This document shows positions 51,801-64,000 of a DNA stretch of 64,000 bases, in pieces. The DNA is from Gekko japonicus. Taxonomy: Eukaryota. The stretch's first letter is position 1. Every line of letters begins with the position of its first letter. The stretch spans positions 196,837 to 260,836 of the forward strand of contig NW_015165833.1 in assembly GCF_001447785.1 (NCBI RefSeq), given 5' to 3'. Made by a program: the position numbers and the translations under genes. Below the pieces are notes generated by a model. That model was not told where the DNA came from, did no database searches, and was given only the letters and a program-made list of their open reading frames with translations.

Positions 51801-52207
51801 CTCCTTTCTGGCTCCTTGCCTTGCAAATGAAGAGGATGGAATCCTGCAATCTCCAGAATATTGGGGGGCCCAAGAGAGCCCTCTGAAATGACTAATTATG
51901 AACCACTGTGTTTGTTCTCACTTGTAGTGTGGGACGCACTATCTTAACTGACGCAAATCTTGCACTCTTCCCTCTAGCTTGCTTCATTGGCATGGGCTTG
52001 GGACTGGGAGACCTGAGTTCAGATTTGCACTGATATAAGAATTTAGCACTACTAAACTGGCACTGTCAGTGTTCAAAAATAATATCAGTGTGAAACTAAG
52101 GTTACTCAGTTCTCACACCCTTCTCTCTATATTTGTCTTTCCACAGTGCGCTTACCCAGACTGTTGAAATCCTGGTAAAGAAACATGGCTTGACAGCAAT
52201 ATCCTGA
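48672..52207 (+). CDS. YRDC: YRDC threonylcarbamoyl-AMP synthase (Sua5/YrdC), spliced gene span (6 exons, 765 nt, 254 aa)
   Basis: VAVPTDTVYG, KGR, LPGPVT, GVRVP, LTSAN, DGG, STVVD motifs; exon lengths sum in frame. Confidence 0.97.
48910..49105 (+). CDS. YRDC: YRDC exon 2
   Basis: Pyrimidine tract + cag|; LVAVPTDTVYGVAC...RLKGR...KPLAICL. Confidence 0.92.
49386..49500 (+). CDS. YRDC: YRDC exon 3
   Basis: YCKVAVPDQLLHDLLPGPVTLVLERS...LNPFTP; GT-AG. Confidence 0.96.
49686..49805 (+). CDS. YRDC: YRDC exon 4
   Basis: LVGVRVPSHWF...PLALTSANIS; GT-AG. Confidence 0.96.
49980..50321 (+). mobile_element. Sauria SINE
   Basis: Typical body and ACCTTT tail; TSD TAAAGAACT. Confidence 0.85.
50404..50954. 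mobile_element. CpG-rich palindromic MITE-like element
   Basis: Degenerate inverted ends, internal GCGCGATCACAC/GTGTGATCGCGC. Confidence 0.5.
51504..51646 (+). CDS. YRDC: YRDC exon 5
   Basis: EFQELWPHLALVVDGGPIG...ECRLGSTVVDISVPGKFKVIRPG; GT-AG. Confidence 0.96.
52147..52207 (+). CDS. YRDC: YRDC exon 6
   Basis: ALTQTVEILVKKHGLTAIS*; matches human ALESTTAILQQKYGL. Confidence 0.92.
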
Positions 52208-54429
52208 TCTATAAAACTCATGAGGGGGTGCAACTGAGTGCTCCTTGGCTCTTCAGGAAATCACTCTCAATGGTCTTGTTTATGAAGGGATAAGGGGGTT
52301 AATTCTGCCCAGGGAAAAGCTGTTTGGTAAAAAGGGAACCTTCTTTCCCCCCCTTTCCACTAGCCCCCATGTCTCCTTATGGCTTAAAAATACCCTTTTT
52401 GTGACTGAGGCAATGATCCCATAGGTAATGGGACCTTTTTGAAATGTGGAGTTTTTAGTATTGGACACAACTAAAATGGAAGAATTCTTCAACGTGAAGT
52501 AGTCAGTTCTCTCCACTGACAGAACTGATTATTTGTATGAGCCAAAGATTGAGGGATTCTATCAGAAGCCTTCTTTATTGACTGCTCTGTTTCCTTGGGC
52601 ATGTGTGAACTGGGGGGGGGGGGTAAGCAAGTGCAACTTGGAGAGATGCAAAGAAATGGAAGGTGGGTTGGGAGTATGCCCCTTAGTTAGGGACCAATCT
52701 GTCTTTAACCCCACGTCTGCTGAGCAGATGTGGTCTATAGCATGTAACAGGCTGCATTTGAACCAGTGTAATTAAAATGGAAACTCTGTGTTGAAAGTTG
52801 CCTCTGTCTCCATTCTTCCAGTCACATGGCCCCTGGGTGGGGAGAGGTGGTGATCTAAAGCTCTGTATCAGGTAGGTGTGACATGCAGCCCCCCCCCCCC
52901 TTTGCTGTTGACCACACCCCAGCTTCACCAGGTTGGAGCCAGCTATGTGCCAGAAACCCACAGCTAAGGTGGTTCCTGTTGGATCCCCAGGCATTCGAAA
53001 TAACTCCACATTTGGATCAAAGTAAGGTTTATTTCAAAGCGATGGTTCAAACAGGAACAAGGACATTGTTAGGAATGACTACCAATACACATGTGTAACA
53101 TAATAAAGGGATTTGAACCAGGTTAGGGCCAATGAGCCCAGTTCCCGCTGGCGGGAATAGAACTTGCAAATGCGCGCCCATTTCATGGGAACATAACAGT
53201 TCTACACAATCAACACAGGTTCAGTTCACAGGCTAGATACCCATAACAAGCTGAGCGAAGCACCGACTCCCACCACCAGCTGCATGACCTTGGCCAGTTC
53301 CGCAAAGTACAGAGTAAGCATAAAGAAGCAAAAGGAACCGGGGGGGGGGGGGGGGGGAGGGCAAAAGATGTGTTAAGCAGGTAACACCAGACACAATGGC
53401 AGCTAGCTGACAGTTCCCTCTTCTCAATCAGCGGACTCTCTTTTTGCCCTCATCACACCCCTCCATGTATTCCTCGGATTTTCCTGACTTCTGAGTGCCC
53501 TCTCCTCTGGGGCCTTCCTTACCATGTTCAATCATGCTACTGCTTTCCTTCATTCACCAAAATCCATCAAATGACCTATACTCTATGTTCAGTTTCCTTG
53601 TAAAATCCTAGAGCATATTGTTACTTTTTCAGTTCTCAACTCTTCTCTCAAGCCTTTAGAAACTAATTTTCATCCCCTTTACTGCACTGATACTGCTTTA
53701 ATCAAAACTATTGAGAAATTAGGTCTCTTCTTTGTTGTCATTCCCCTAGCCTCCTCTACTGCCTCTGAGACAATCATGCTTTCCTGCTTAGCTCCCTTAA
53801 TGCCCACGGTTTCTGCAACTGTCCTCAGTGAGTTCCCTTCTTGCCTGTGGAATCACAAATGAAATGCCTGTAGTCTGGGCAGATGAGAAATGTATTCTGC
53901 GGGAAGGGTGATTTCAGAGGTGCTGCCCGGGACTAAGAGGTGCTGAAATGTGATCTGGTTTAATGTGCTGGGCTTTCAATCGTGAGGCGCTAGGACGATG
54001 CCTAGAAATTATTGATAAAGCAAGCACACCTGACTGTATGTGCCCAACAGCTGCCTGGTATTCATCCTGGTCTACATACTTGGATCTAGGTCAGGATAAC
54101 AAGATTTGGAGGGCACAGTGATTTGAGGCATCAGAGATTTTCATGCTGGAAGTTGGTTTATCATTCCGAGGCCTTGACTCCCCCAAGCACAGAGATTCAT
54201 TGTTTCCATCTGTCTAAGCCACTTCTTTGGCTGCAAAGGTGTGTACTTTTCCAGGACATGGGAATGTTTAAATCTTCACACTGCCTCCTTAATTAGTTCG
54301 TTATGTACCTTAACTTTATTGCACTTTATCTTTACCACACGCAAGAGAAGCCAGAACCTCTGACCTCTCTCATTATCCATTAAACTACCCAAGTGGCTCA
54401 AGCCCCCATCATATAGCAGGGCACCTAAT

Positions 54430-55840
54430 TTATGTATCATTTATTTAAAATATTTATTAGTTGCCTTTCTGCCTTACGGGAACTGGAGGTGACTTACAAT
54501 GCAAACAGCAAAAAAACCCAGTAAAATACCTTAAAAAAACAATTTAAAACTACCAATAAGAACTGAAACTAATCAACGGCCATCACACATAAAACCATCT
54601 TCAGTTGCCTCCTAAGGCTCCCTGCAGAGGTTGTTTCAGATTCATGATGCTGCCACTGAAAAGGCCCTTTTGCGCGCGTACCCACCATGAGCTTCTTTGG
54701 TGATTCCTGGCCCCAAAGATAATCGGCTAGCCAGGGTCAGGGCTTCCTCAGCCTTGGCCCCAGCCTGGTGGAACTCGCTGCCGAATGACATCCATGCCCT
54801 GTCTGACCTACTAAAGTTCTGCAGGGCATGCAAGGCAGAGATGTTCCGCCAGGCCTTTGGTTGAGGCCAGCAACGGTTCCCTTACATCTACCCGGCACCC
54901 TCCCCTCCCCCTTATGAAAATCTGAATGCTAAAAATCTATAGGTGAAATATGCCATCTTGTTAAAGTGCTTAAATACTTATGCTGAATGTTTTAATATGG
55001 AATTTTGTAGTTTTAACTGGTATTAAAATTGGATTTTATGTTGTTGTAAACCGCCTGAGCCCCAAGTAAGCGGGGGAAGGGCGGTTAAGAAATCAAACTA
55101 AATAAATAAGACTGTCCTTCAGATAACCCAGTCCTAAGCCATGTAGGACTTTAAAGGTCAAAACCAACACCTTGAATTAGGCTTGGGAGTAGATCAGAAG
55201 CCAGTGTAATTGCTGTTGCATTGGAGTCATGTGATCCCAGTACCTGGCTCTGATCATCAGTCCAGCCACAGCTTCTGAACACTCTTCAAGGGTAGCCCCA
55301 AGTATGGTACACTGCAGCAGTTCAGCCTAGATGCAACTAAGGCATGTCACTGTGCCTAGATCAGGCTGAGCCAGGAATAGGTGCAAGTGGTACATTGGCT
55401 GAAGCTGGGCCAAAAGCAGTCCTAACTACAGCAGCCACCTGATTTTCTAAGGTGACTGCTGTGTCGAGCGGCGCTCCTGAGCTGTTTTTCAAGGGGCGTG
55501 TAACTCCCATCGAAGCCGGGAAATCTGAAATCCCTGGTCTGTACTTCTACTAACCCAGAGCACCTCTGTCTTGTCAGGACAGATTGTTTCAACTTGTTCA
55601 CCTACATGCAGTCCATTACTGACCTCAAGAACTGGTTTTGCACATCAACAGCTTCCTTGGAATTAGATGGCGGATGGAGAAAAGGTTAGCTGGATATCAT
55701 CCACATATTGGTGACACCACAGCCCAAACCTCGAGTCCTGATGACGTCTTGATATTAAATAGCATGATATTAAATAGCATGGGGAATAAAAATGACCCCT
55801 GCAGAACCCCACAGGCCAGGCCCTTCTTTGCTCAACTCCT
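54430..55840. mobile_element. Nested L2-like fragments (minus-strand host, plus-strand insert ~54690-55110)
   Basis: CCAGCCTGGTGGAACTCGCTGCC (PAWWNSLP), TAAATAAA tails in both orientations. Confidence 0.6.
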
Positions 55841-56249
55841 CCCTCTTTCCCCCTTTTCTGTGTAAAAATGTGGGAAATTATTTTCTTCCTGTTATATCTG
55901 AGGAAGTGAGACAGATGAGGGGAATGACTAGGGGATCCCTTGCAGCACTAGACTGAAATGAATGTTCCTGAGAGCAGCAACCCAGTGGGCACAAAGGGCA
56001 CTCTGCAAAGCTGTCTGTGCAAGGGCCAGGAGCAATGCTCCTGAACCCAAAAAAACTAGGCCACAATCCACATAATACCTTTTATTATACATGTGCCATA
56101 AAGTCGCAACCAACGTATGGCAAGGAAACCCAGACAGGGGCTTTCAGGGCAAGCGAGAAGTAAAGGTAGTTTGCCGTTGCCTTCTTCTGCAGAGCCTTCC
56201 TTGGTGGTTTTCACCCAACCCTGCTTCGCTTCTAAGATCGGACCATACC

Positions 56250-56900
56250 ACACCGTTCTACAGCCCAATGATTCGCACCAGCCAAGCGACATAAAACGGT
56301 ACGAATTTTCCTGAATTCTCAGGCCGGATGTCAAACTCCGCCCCGGGTGTAAAAAGAGAACAATCCCTCCCGGGTGCTAACAACGCCTTTCTAGGCTCTC
56401 GAACAGAGTCCGCTCCCCAGCGCGCCGCACCACTTTGCGGAGGGCGACCGCTCTCAGCCGGCCTGCGTGCTCCTCTAGCACGACCGGGTCACGGGAGCTG
56501 TAGGGGCCCCGGATGCACGCTGCTGGTGGCTGGCCCGGCGAACTGCCACGTAAAGGCGCCCTTCCTTGAGCCCGGACGCCGCTGGAGGGAGCCGTCTGCG
56601 CAAAGGCCGGCGGCAGGACACGGTGTAGGTTCTCCGACGCGGCCCCCTTGCTTCGGCGGGATAGCGCGAAACGGCTCTCTATACCGCTCATCTCTCTGAT
56701 CTCTCCGGCAGAGCGTCATGACTGCGGCCCCGGAACTGTATTGGACAGCGCCGGGCGGGTGTTGGCAGGTGAGGCAAGGGATTCAGCGGGCTGGTTCTGG
56801 GGCGCTCCCGGGATTTCAGCTCCTTCGCGCCCTGAGTTTCGGTGTCGTGCAGGTCGGGGCGGCGGAGCTGGGACACTTTTGTCCCTGGTCGACATGTAAT
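56250..56900 (+). promoter_or_regulatory. CpG island, probable C1orf109/AIRIM promoter with 5' exon (donor 56768/56769)
   Basis: CpG-dense; cag|GTGAGG donor; the next gene's ATG exon begins with a splice acceptor and so needs an upstream exon. Confidence 0.7.
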
Positions 56901-57595
56901 GCACCGTGGAAGGTTCCGGTGTTTTCACCGTCCAGGACAAAAAAGTTCAGCCCAGCATCCCACTAGGCAGTTTGTCCTGCGGTGACTGTAGGAAGCTGTC
57001 TGCCCGAATCAGAGGTTGTGACGGTGGCGTTTGCATTTACTCAGCCAGTGGGCACATGAGCTGGCACAGCTTCAGGCACAGGAGAGGCAGAAAGGGGGGG
57101 GGGGGGGATGGCTGTCCTAGTAGCAGATCTCGCAGCACTCAAGCCGCCCCTCCAGCTGGTGCTGTGTTTTGAGAAGACAATAATCTATTTTTTCTAGAGC
57201 TTGTTAGGGCGACAGTGATGAGCAGAGCCCAGTAAAGTGCTTTCTGGTCAAGCCCCTCCAGTGAACTGGCATCCTGGGAAGAGAAGGGACGAATCTGGCA
57301 GTGCATGACTAGGATGTTCTCCACAATGATGGTGGTTCAAGGCTGACGCCTGAGTTGCTGAAGCAGTTAGCTTGGCCAGGATGCTGCCTTCAGTAAACAA
57401 ACAATGTGTTACTTAGACAAACTGCCGCATGCAGTCATAAGAGTTCTAGGAGTAAAACTTTCTAGCAGTAAAAATATTTTTTGTATTGTGGGCAAAATTA
57501 GTCACATTTAAACAACAAGCACATCTTTAAAATATGTTGTGTATGTATTACAGTATGTACAGGAGTGATCACTATCTGACTAGCCAATGCAGACC

Positions 57596-59920
57596 TTTTA
57601 AAAAAAGAATATTTTATTGATTTTCAGAAAGAAAAAATAAAAAACCCGAGTGTTACAATGTATCTAATCAAATTTCTTATACATAACAACGTTAACTAAT
57701 ATTTTACCATATCAGAAACTTCCATCTTAGCAACACTATATATTAAAAGCTGCTTATTTCTTTAGTCTAACACAAATCTAAATAAACTACTAGCATTTCT
57801 ACTATATATAATCTAAAATCAGGTTAAGCTTATATATTTCTACTATGTATGACAAAAAAGGACATGTTAACCATCTTTTTACTTGACATCTTTGATCTAG
57901 AGTTAGTACAATCGAAATTTCTCAGAGCACTCTTCAACGCCCCAAAAGGTACTGCAAATTTGGGCTTAAGACAAGAAGCAGGTTTATCTACTGTTACATT
58001 GAATATTTGGATACAGAGGAGTAACTATTGGGTTAAGTCCCATCTGAATCCGGTGGGACTTATTTCTGATCTTTTGTCATCAACACCATATCCCCAATGG
58101 GCTCTTAGAGTAGTAGATAAATTGAAATCAATTGGGTTAGATCCTGAAAATTTGCTAGAGGGAGGGTTGCAGCATGCAAAGAACTTAATATATCAAAGAT
58201 TTAAGGATATTGAAGCACAAAACGACTATGCAGCCCTGCCTTCCTATTATAAGAGACTAAAGCTGGGACCAAGTTTAAATGCCGCATCTTACCTTGGTCT
58301 CATAAAAAACCCTAACATAGATGGGTGTTTACTAGAGCACGGCTTGATGCGTTACCCTCAGCAGTACCTTATGGTAGATATACCCGGACTCCCATGCACC
58401 AGAGAATTTGCTCTGTCTGTTAGAGCAGGTGGAGTCGGCCTCCCATATATTACTCCATTGTCCTAAGTACGACGAAGAGAGACAGCAGTTGTTGATACCC
58501 CTTCTCTCACGTTTTAAACCCTTGGCTAATTATCTTACATATGCCGAGGAATGTTTGATGAAGTTTTTATTGGCTGATACTTATGATTCTGTCTCACGCA
58601 ATGTTGCTAAATATTGTTATTTGGTAATTAAAAAGCGTAGAATGTACTGTAACCCGAGCCATTAATGACGGAATTGACCGGTTTCGTATTTAAGGCTGCA
58701 AGGATTCTATGTCGTAGACTCGGTGTTGTACTATTTTGGTTTATTTTGCTGGTCTTATGACTGTTCTTAATAAATTTGATTTGTATTGACATCTTTAAGG
58801 GGGGAAAAGCAGTATGTAAATAAAAACCGGAATAAAGGTATTACCAGTTTCCATTCTAACTTCATGTTAAACTCTTGTATAAGATCCAGTTCAGTTTCAG
58901 CTAAAGTTCATTTGAATCAGTCACACCTAAACCAGAGTTCCCTATATTACTCTACATGAAAACATAATGTAAATAGCAACGTTCTCATAACATACTGATA
59001 TCTTCATTAAAATCCAAATCCGATAAGATTTTCTTAATGGGTTACAGCTGTAAGTTACATATTTATTACTATACACAAATTATCTATACTTTTATTTTTA
59101 TATTTTTGTTTTTACTCATAATATCACATATTTACTTCATATTTTAATTGACATTCATAATCTTTACTATTGTGTTGTTAAATCAATTTCAGCTATAACT
59201 CATTTTAGTCAGTTACACATAGACCAAAACATTTTATATCACTCTAGTTATATTTAATTCTTTTTTTCTTTTTCTGTGCTCTTTTTTCCATTACAGTCAT
59301 AATCCTATGCCTTTTCTCTTTGTATGTGGAAAAATTTGCCTTTGCTTCTTCCCATCTGTATTCATTTCTTGGAGTAGTTAAGGATTCCTGTCTTGTGTAG
59401 CTTCTTGATTTCTCTTTACAATAGATCCTCTTGTATCTTCTTTACCCTTTGAAAAATTAAAGTTTGTCATATTTTTCATAGGTCCGTTAATTTGTCCTGT
59501 GTATCTTCTTATATTCTCTTTGGCTGGAAAGGAAATTCGATAGGCTGAATCATCTTGCTTGGAGTCCTGCTCTTTGGCTAGGCTCTGTTGTCTCTCCTTT
59601 CTGTATCATTTTGGAGATTTAAAGGGGCTTATTCAAAGATATCATCATACTCTTCAATGTTGCTGTTGTTGTTACAGGTACTCACAGGTGCATGTCTTCA
59701 TCGGTGTTCTGGATGAGGCTCAAAATAACTCTCTTGCTTTGGGGGCAACATCTGGTGCTGTTATGGCTGCCATAACTGGTATTCTCCATTCCCTGCTTCT
59801 GGGACGATTCAGGGCTTCCACCTGCTTGTTGCCTCAAGCAAAGGGCCCGAATCAAGTCCCTTGCTCCAGAACTCCCTCCAGGAGGTTCAGTAGGGTTCAG
59901 GATCCCCTGAAACCCCCCTA
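57596..59920 (-). mobile_element. Degraded L1-like element
   Basis: T-rich 3' end, strand-biased AT-rich body. Confidence 0.5.
57894..58785 (+). mobile_element. 5'-truncated LINE (RTE-X-like) nested in L1
   Basis: LELVQSKFLRALF...LRQEAG, C-terminal CxxC...HILLHC knuckle, AATAAA, 11-bp TSD TTGACATCTTT. Confidence 0.72.
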
Positions 59921-59964
59921 GAAAGAATGAAGAATCAGTCGTAGCCAGGAGCAGTTCCTGGTGT

Positions 59965-61095
59965 CAGAATGTTAGAGTTGGAAGGGACCTTGCAGATCAT
60001 CTAGTCCAACCCCCTGCACTCTGCAGGAGCATAGTCTGAAGATAGCCCTACAACATACCTGAAAGATGGTCATCCAGCCTCCGCTTGAAAATGTCCAGCG
60101 AAGGAGCACCCACCACCTCCCGAGGCAGACTGTTCCACTGCTCAACCACTCTTACAGTTAGGAAGTTTCTCCTGATATTTAGCCGGTAACAACTCCCTTG
60201 TAATTTCCACCCATTAGATCTAGTCTTGCAATCCAGAGCAAGAGAGAATAGATCCAATCCATCTTCTACATGACAGCCCTTCAGATACTTGAAGACTGCA
60301 ATCATGTCCCCTCTAAGCCTTCTCTTTCCCAGGCTAAACATACCCAACTCTTTCAGCCTTTCCTCATAAGACTTGGATTCCAACCCTCTCACCATCCTGG
60401 TTGCCCTATTCTGGACACACTCGAGCTTGTCAACATTCTTCCTAAAATGTGGTGCCCAAAACTTGACACAGTACTCCAGGTGAGGCCTGACCATAGCAGA
60501 ATAGAGCGGAACTACCACCTCCCGTGATCTGGACACAATGCTTCTGTTAATGCATCCTAAGATTGTATTAGCTTTCTTCACAGCCACATCTCACTGCAGG
60601 CTCATGTTTATCTTGTGATCAACCAGAACACCCAGATCCCTTTCACATGTGCTGCTGTCAAGCCAAGTCCCTCCCATTCTATATCTGTGCTTTTGATTTT
60701 TTGTACCTAAGTGTAGGACTTTGCACTTCTCTCTATTGAAATTCATTTTATTTGTCTCCGCCCACTGCTCCAGCCTATTTAGATCATTTTGAATCCTGAC
60801 TCTGTCTTCTTCAGAATTAGCAATCCCACCCAGCTTCGTGTCATCTGCAAATTTGATAAGCATCCCCTCTATGTCTTCCTCCAGGTCATTTATAAAAACA
60901 TTGAACAACACCGGGCCTAGGACCAAGCCCTGCACCACTCCACTCGAGACTTCCCTCCACGTAGATGCAGAGTCATTTATGAGCACTTGTTGGGTACGAT
61001 TTTTCAACCAACCATGAATCCATCCAACGGTTGCACCATCCAGCCCACACTTAACCAGCTTATCCTCAAGGATGTAATGAGAAACAGTGTCGACT
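59965..61095 (-). mobile_element. CR1 LINE 3' part (RT C-terminus)
   Basis: FADDTKL, RPHLEYCV, KRRLRGDMIAVFKYLKG, WNSLPREVV; CR1 3'UTR. Confidence 0.95.
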
Positions 61096-61763
61096 GTCTC
61101 GATGCGCCGAAGCCCCTCCCTCCTGAGACTAGCCAATGCAGACCTTGATGCACCAGAGGCCTGACTCTGCATGTCAGCTTCATATATCATGTTAAAGTCA
61201 CAGAGAAGGCCCAAGTGCCAGCCTCTGCACTTTCCTCTTCCTTGTTACTAGTACTTACTTGTAGTAATTAACTTAAAATAATATATTAAGTTGTGGAACC
61301 ACAAAGGCAAGATGGTGTCCTACTTCCTATTTAGCAGTAGGTAAATTCTGTAAATCAGAATTTAGTGAGCCTGCTGCACTTCTGCTGTCTTCCAGGGATG
61401 CAAGCAGGATGCCTTTAGTGCTGCCTTCCCTGTCTTGGATGCCCAAATGCCAGCAGTTGTAAAGCTGTCTGTTTCTTCCACAAGATACAAACAATGCCTA
61501 TGGTTTGCCCTGACTTGAGACTTCTAGTGGCCAGCCATGGCTGATTTCTTGGGTTGCCAAATGCCTCTCTGGGCCTGCCTTGCAAATCAAACTTGTAATT
61601 TAAATTTAAAAGTGCAGCTCATTGTGTTGCCTGTCTAAACTTTGGCAGGTGGCACCCAGGAGTTGGTGCGTCTCTGCAAAAAAAAACACCCCAGTTGGAT
61701 AGGAAACAAAGTCAAACCTGGCAATGTTTCCTGTATAAATCAATGGAAATAAAAATGTAATTC

Positions 61764-62045
61764 AGAAGAAGAAGAAGAAGAGATTGGATTTATACCCCGC
61801 CCTTCACTACCCAAAGGTGTCTCAGAGCGGCTTACAAACTCCTTTCCCTTCCCCTCCCCACAACAGACACCCTGTGAGGTGGGTGGGGCTGAGAGAACTC
61901 TGACACAAACTGCTCTTTTTCAAGGACAGCTGTGCCAGAGCTTGTGACTGACCCAAGGTCACATCAGCAGGTGCAAGTGGAGGAGTGGGGAATCAAACCC
62001 GGTTCTCCCAGATTAGAGTCCGCACACTTAACCACTACACCAAAC
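61764..62045 (-). mobile_element. tRNA-headed SINE (Squam3/CORE-like)
   Basis: Reverse complement of the 9870 family with (GAA)n. Confidence 0.78.
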
Positions 62046-62173
62046 CACTACAGCAAATGGGGATAACATCAACCCAAATCTAGAAAATCACAACTTGCAT
62101 GTTCTGCTATCATAACCAGCAGCTTTTTGCCTATGGCTCATTTTAGCCCCAGTTCTGTTTGTTTGCCCCTAGG

Positions 62174-62451
62174 ATGGCCTCAGATGACTCACTTCTCCCT
62201 CACACCCTACGCTGCTTCCTGCAGAAGTGTTTTCGTGCCCTCCAGGAGCAGCATGAAACCTGGAAGACTGCACTGGCTGCGTGTACGTCTCTTCTGGGTT
62301 CTCTGAGCAACCTGGCAGAGCAGATGCAGGCATCCCAAAAAGTGGCCTTTGCCAACACTCCACTGCGAGACTTCCCAAGTCTGCCAGAGAGACTTAGATG
62401 CCGCCAGCAATGTGCAGCGGAAGCTTTGATGGAAGAGCTATGGGGAAAACT
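62174..62451 (+). CDS. C1orf109: C1orf109/AIRIM first coding exon
   Basis: LQKCFRALQEQHETW...LLGSLSNLAEQMQA...LRDFPSLPERLR matches human LKKCFPVVEEQQGLW...LLSSLSNLAEQLQA; |gtaaga. Confidence 0.92.
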
Positions 62452-63298
62452 GTAAGACTACCTTTCGTGTGGTGTGATGTACAGTGCAGGGTGGGGGATT
62501 TCAGGGGCTGGTGCACGTTTGTCAGAAGGATTTGGCAACTCCTGAAAGTCACCAGTTTTTACTGACATTATAAACTATTTCATTACTACTTCTGTTGGCA
62601 GGGTATATCACTTTTGCAGCATTGAGGTAAATTTGACTGCTTATTCTACAGCGGTTTCTAGTGTGTTTAGAAGTCTCATCATAGAACCCCATGAGACAAT
62701 TTACTGAGTATCAGTGACTTTGCACATGGCCACTCAATGAGCTGTCCAAGCCCATTACAATACGTTGAGTCATTCCAAAACTGCTGACTTTTTTTTCCTT
62801 GAAGAAGAAGAAGAACGTGCTTTTGAGTCGCAACTGACTCATGGCAAGCTCATCCACAGGGCGTTCCAGCCAAAGATCAGCCGGGCTGGGAGTCTGATGT
62901 TAATCTGAGTCCCACTTGCTGTTGAGGGACACAGTGAACCAACACAGATTCATTGAGCTGGTGGAAGGTGCCGTCAAGGTGCAGTCTGACTGCAATGCCT
63001 CATGGGGTTTTCATTACCTTTCACTGCATAGCAGCCCCGTTTTTCTTGGTGGAAGTATTGACTATGGCCGACTCTGCTTAGCTTCCAAGTTCTGACAAGC
63101 TTTTTCTTTGAGGAATGCTAGCAAGCATTGCCCACAAGGGTCAGCTGGACTTGCCCAGGAAGTGACGCACACCTTATCCCCTACATGAGCTTGCACGTAC
63201 GGGGGGGTGTTCAGCATGTGATTGTAGGAACTTCCTGCATTGTCCAGAGTTGCTCCATATAGCTGCATTTTATGATGTGTTTTCTGTTTTGTATGTAG

Positions 63299-63475
63299 AC
63301 TTGACCTGCAGAAAGTGCGGGATACAGTTGGCGTTCACGTAGCCTCTATTTTCCAGCTCTATGAGCAGCAAGAAGGCCTGTGCCAGGAGAGTGCTTTCCA
63401 GCGCTCTGTGCTTTGCCCATCATTGGCAGATATGCTAGAGTGGCTGCTGGACATGGAAGCTTTTTATCACAGCAT
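63299..63475 (+). CDS. C1orf109: C1orf109/AIRIM second coding exon (gene continues beyond window)
   Basis: KVRDTVGVHVASIFQLYEQ...PSLADMLEWLLDME matches human; U12 donor GTATCCTTT. Confidence 0.92.
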
Positions 63476-64000
63476 GTATCCTTTGAACAAGTTCTCCCCG
63501 TGATGTCCTTTGAAGCCAGACTGTGTTCTGACTGAAGGGGAAAGGGAACAACGCCTGTCTTGTGCTGAAGGACTGTAGATTAGGGGCAATGCTGGGGGGA
63601 GCTGCAGGCCCTCAAGCCCTTCCTGGCTGTCACCTGGAACATCTGGAGCAGTTTGAAAAGGCAACTGGAGCCCAGTATCATCTGCTTTGACTGGCAGTAG
63701 CTGGCTAAGGTCTTTGATAGAGAAATGCTTTTCCTGGCACCTCATGACTGGAGATGTTTGGAACTGGAGCTCTTTATTTATTAGATTTTCTTCTTAGTTG
63801 CCGCACACTCGAAGGGTCTCGTGGCGACTTACAATATTAAAACCAATAAGGAAAAAACAACATAGAAACAAATAGCAAATATAAAATATTAGCATTAAAA
63901 TATTGAAATATGTGACTATCACCGACCGTACCACTTTTACAGCAGTCTGAATGTGGTTACCCTTCAAAGGCCAACCTAAATAAATCAGCTTTGCATTCCC

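Noticed and set aside
60048-61214. Reverse-transcriptase ORFs as a host or novel RT system
   Set aside because: Ordinary 5'-truncated CR1 with an internal stop.

Overview
Vertebrate genomic DNA from a squamate, probably a gecko (Sauria SINEs, Squam3-like SINEs, reptilian Penelope/CR1/L2/L1/hAT repeats). Four spliced protein-coding genes lie in tandem on the + strand: INPP5B (5' exons upstream of the window, stop at 23042), MTF1 (complete, 730 aa, CDS 26078-43712, ~4.7 kb 3'UTR), YRDC (complete, 254 aa, 48672-52207) and C1orf109/AIRIM (first two coding exons; continues beyond the window). Exons were derived by hand from splice sites, phase continuity and recalled human protein sequences. Most notable: minimal hammerhead ribozymes in fold-back Penelope-derived elements (an intact antisense copy paired with a heavily mutated sense copy in INPP5B, and an intact sense-strand core in an MTF1 intron); an INPP5B with Arg>Cys in the 4-phosphate-binding motif and a C-terminus ending ESTV instead of a CAAX box; an inverted MITE pair in the MTF1 3'UTR carrying four miR-17-family seed matches; two U12 introns; an abundant 5S-rRNA-headed SINE; and a gene order that differs from human. 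No database searches were run, and repeat family names come from recognition only.
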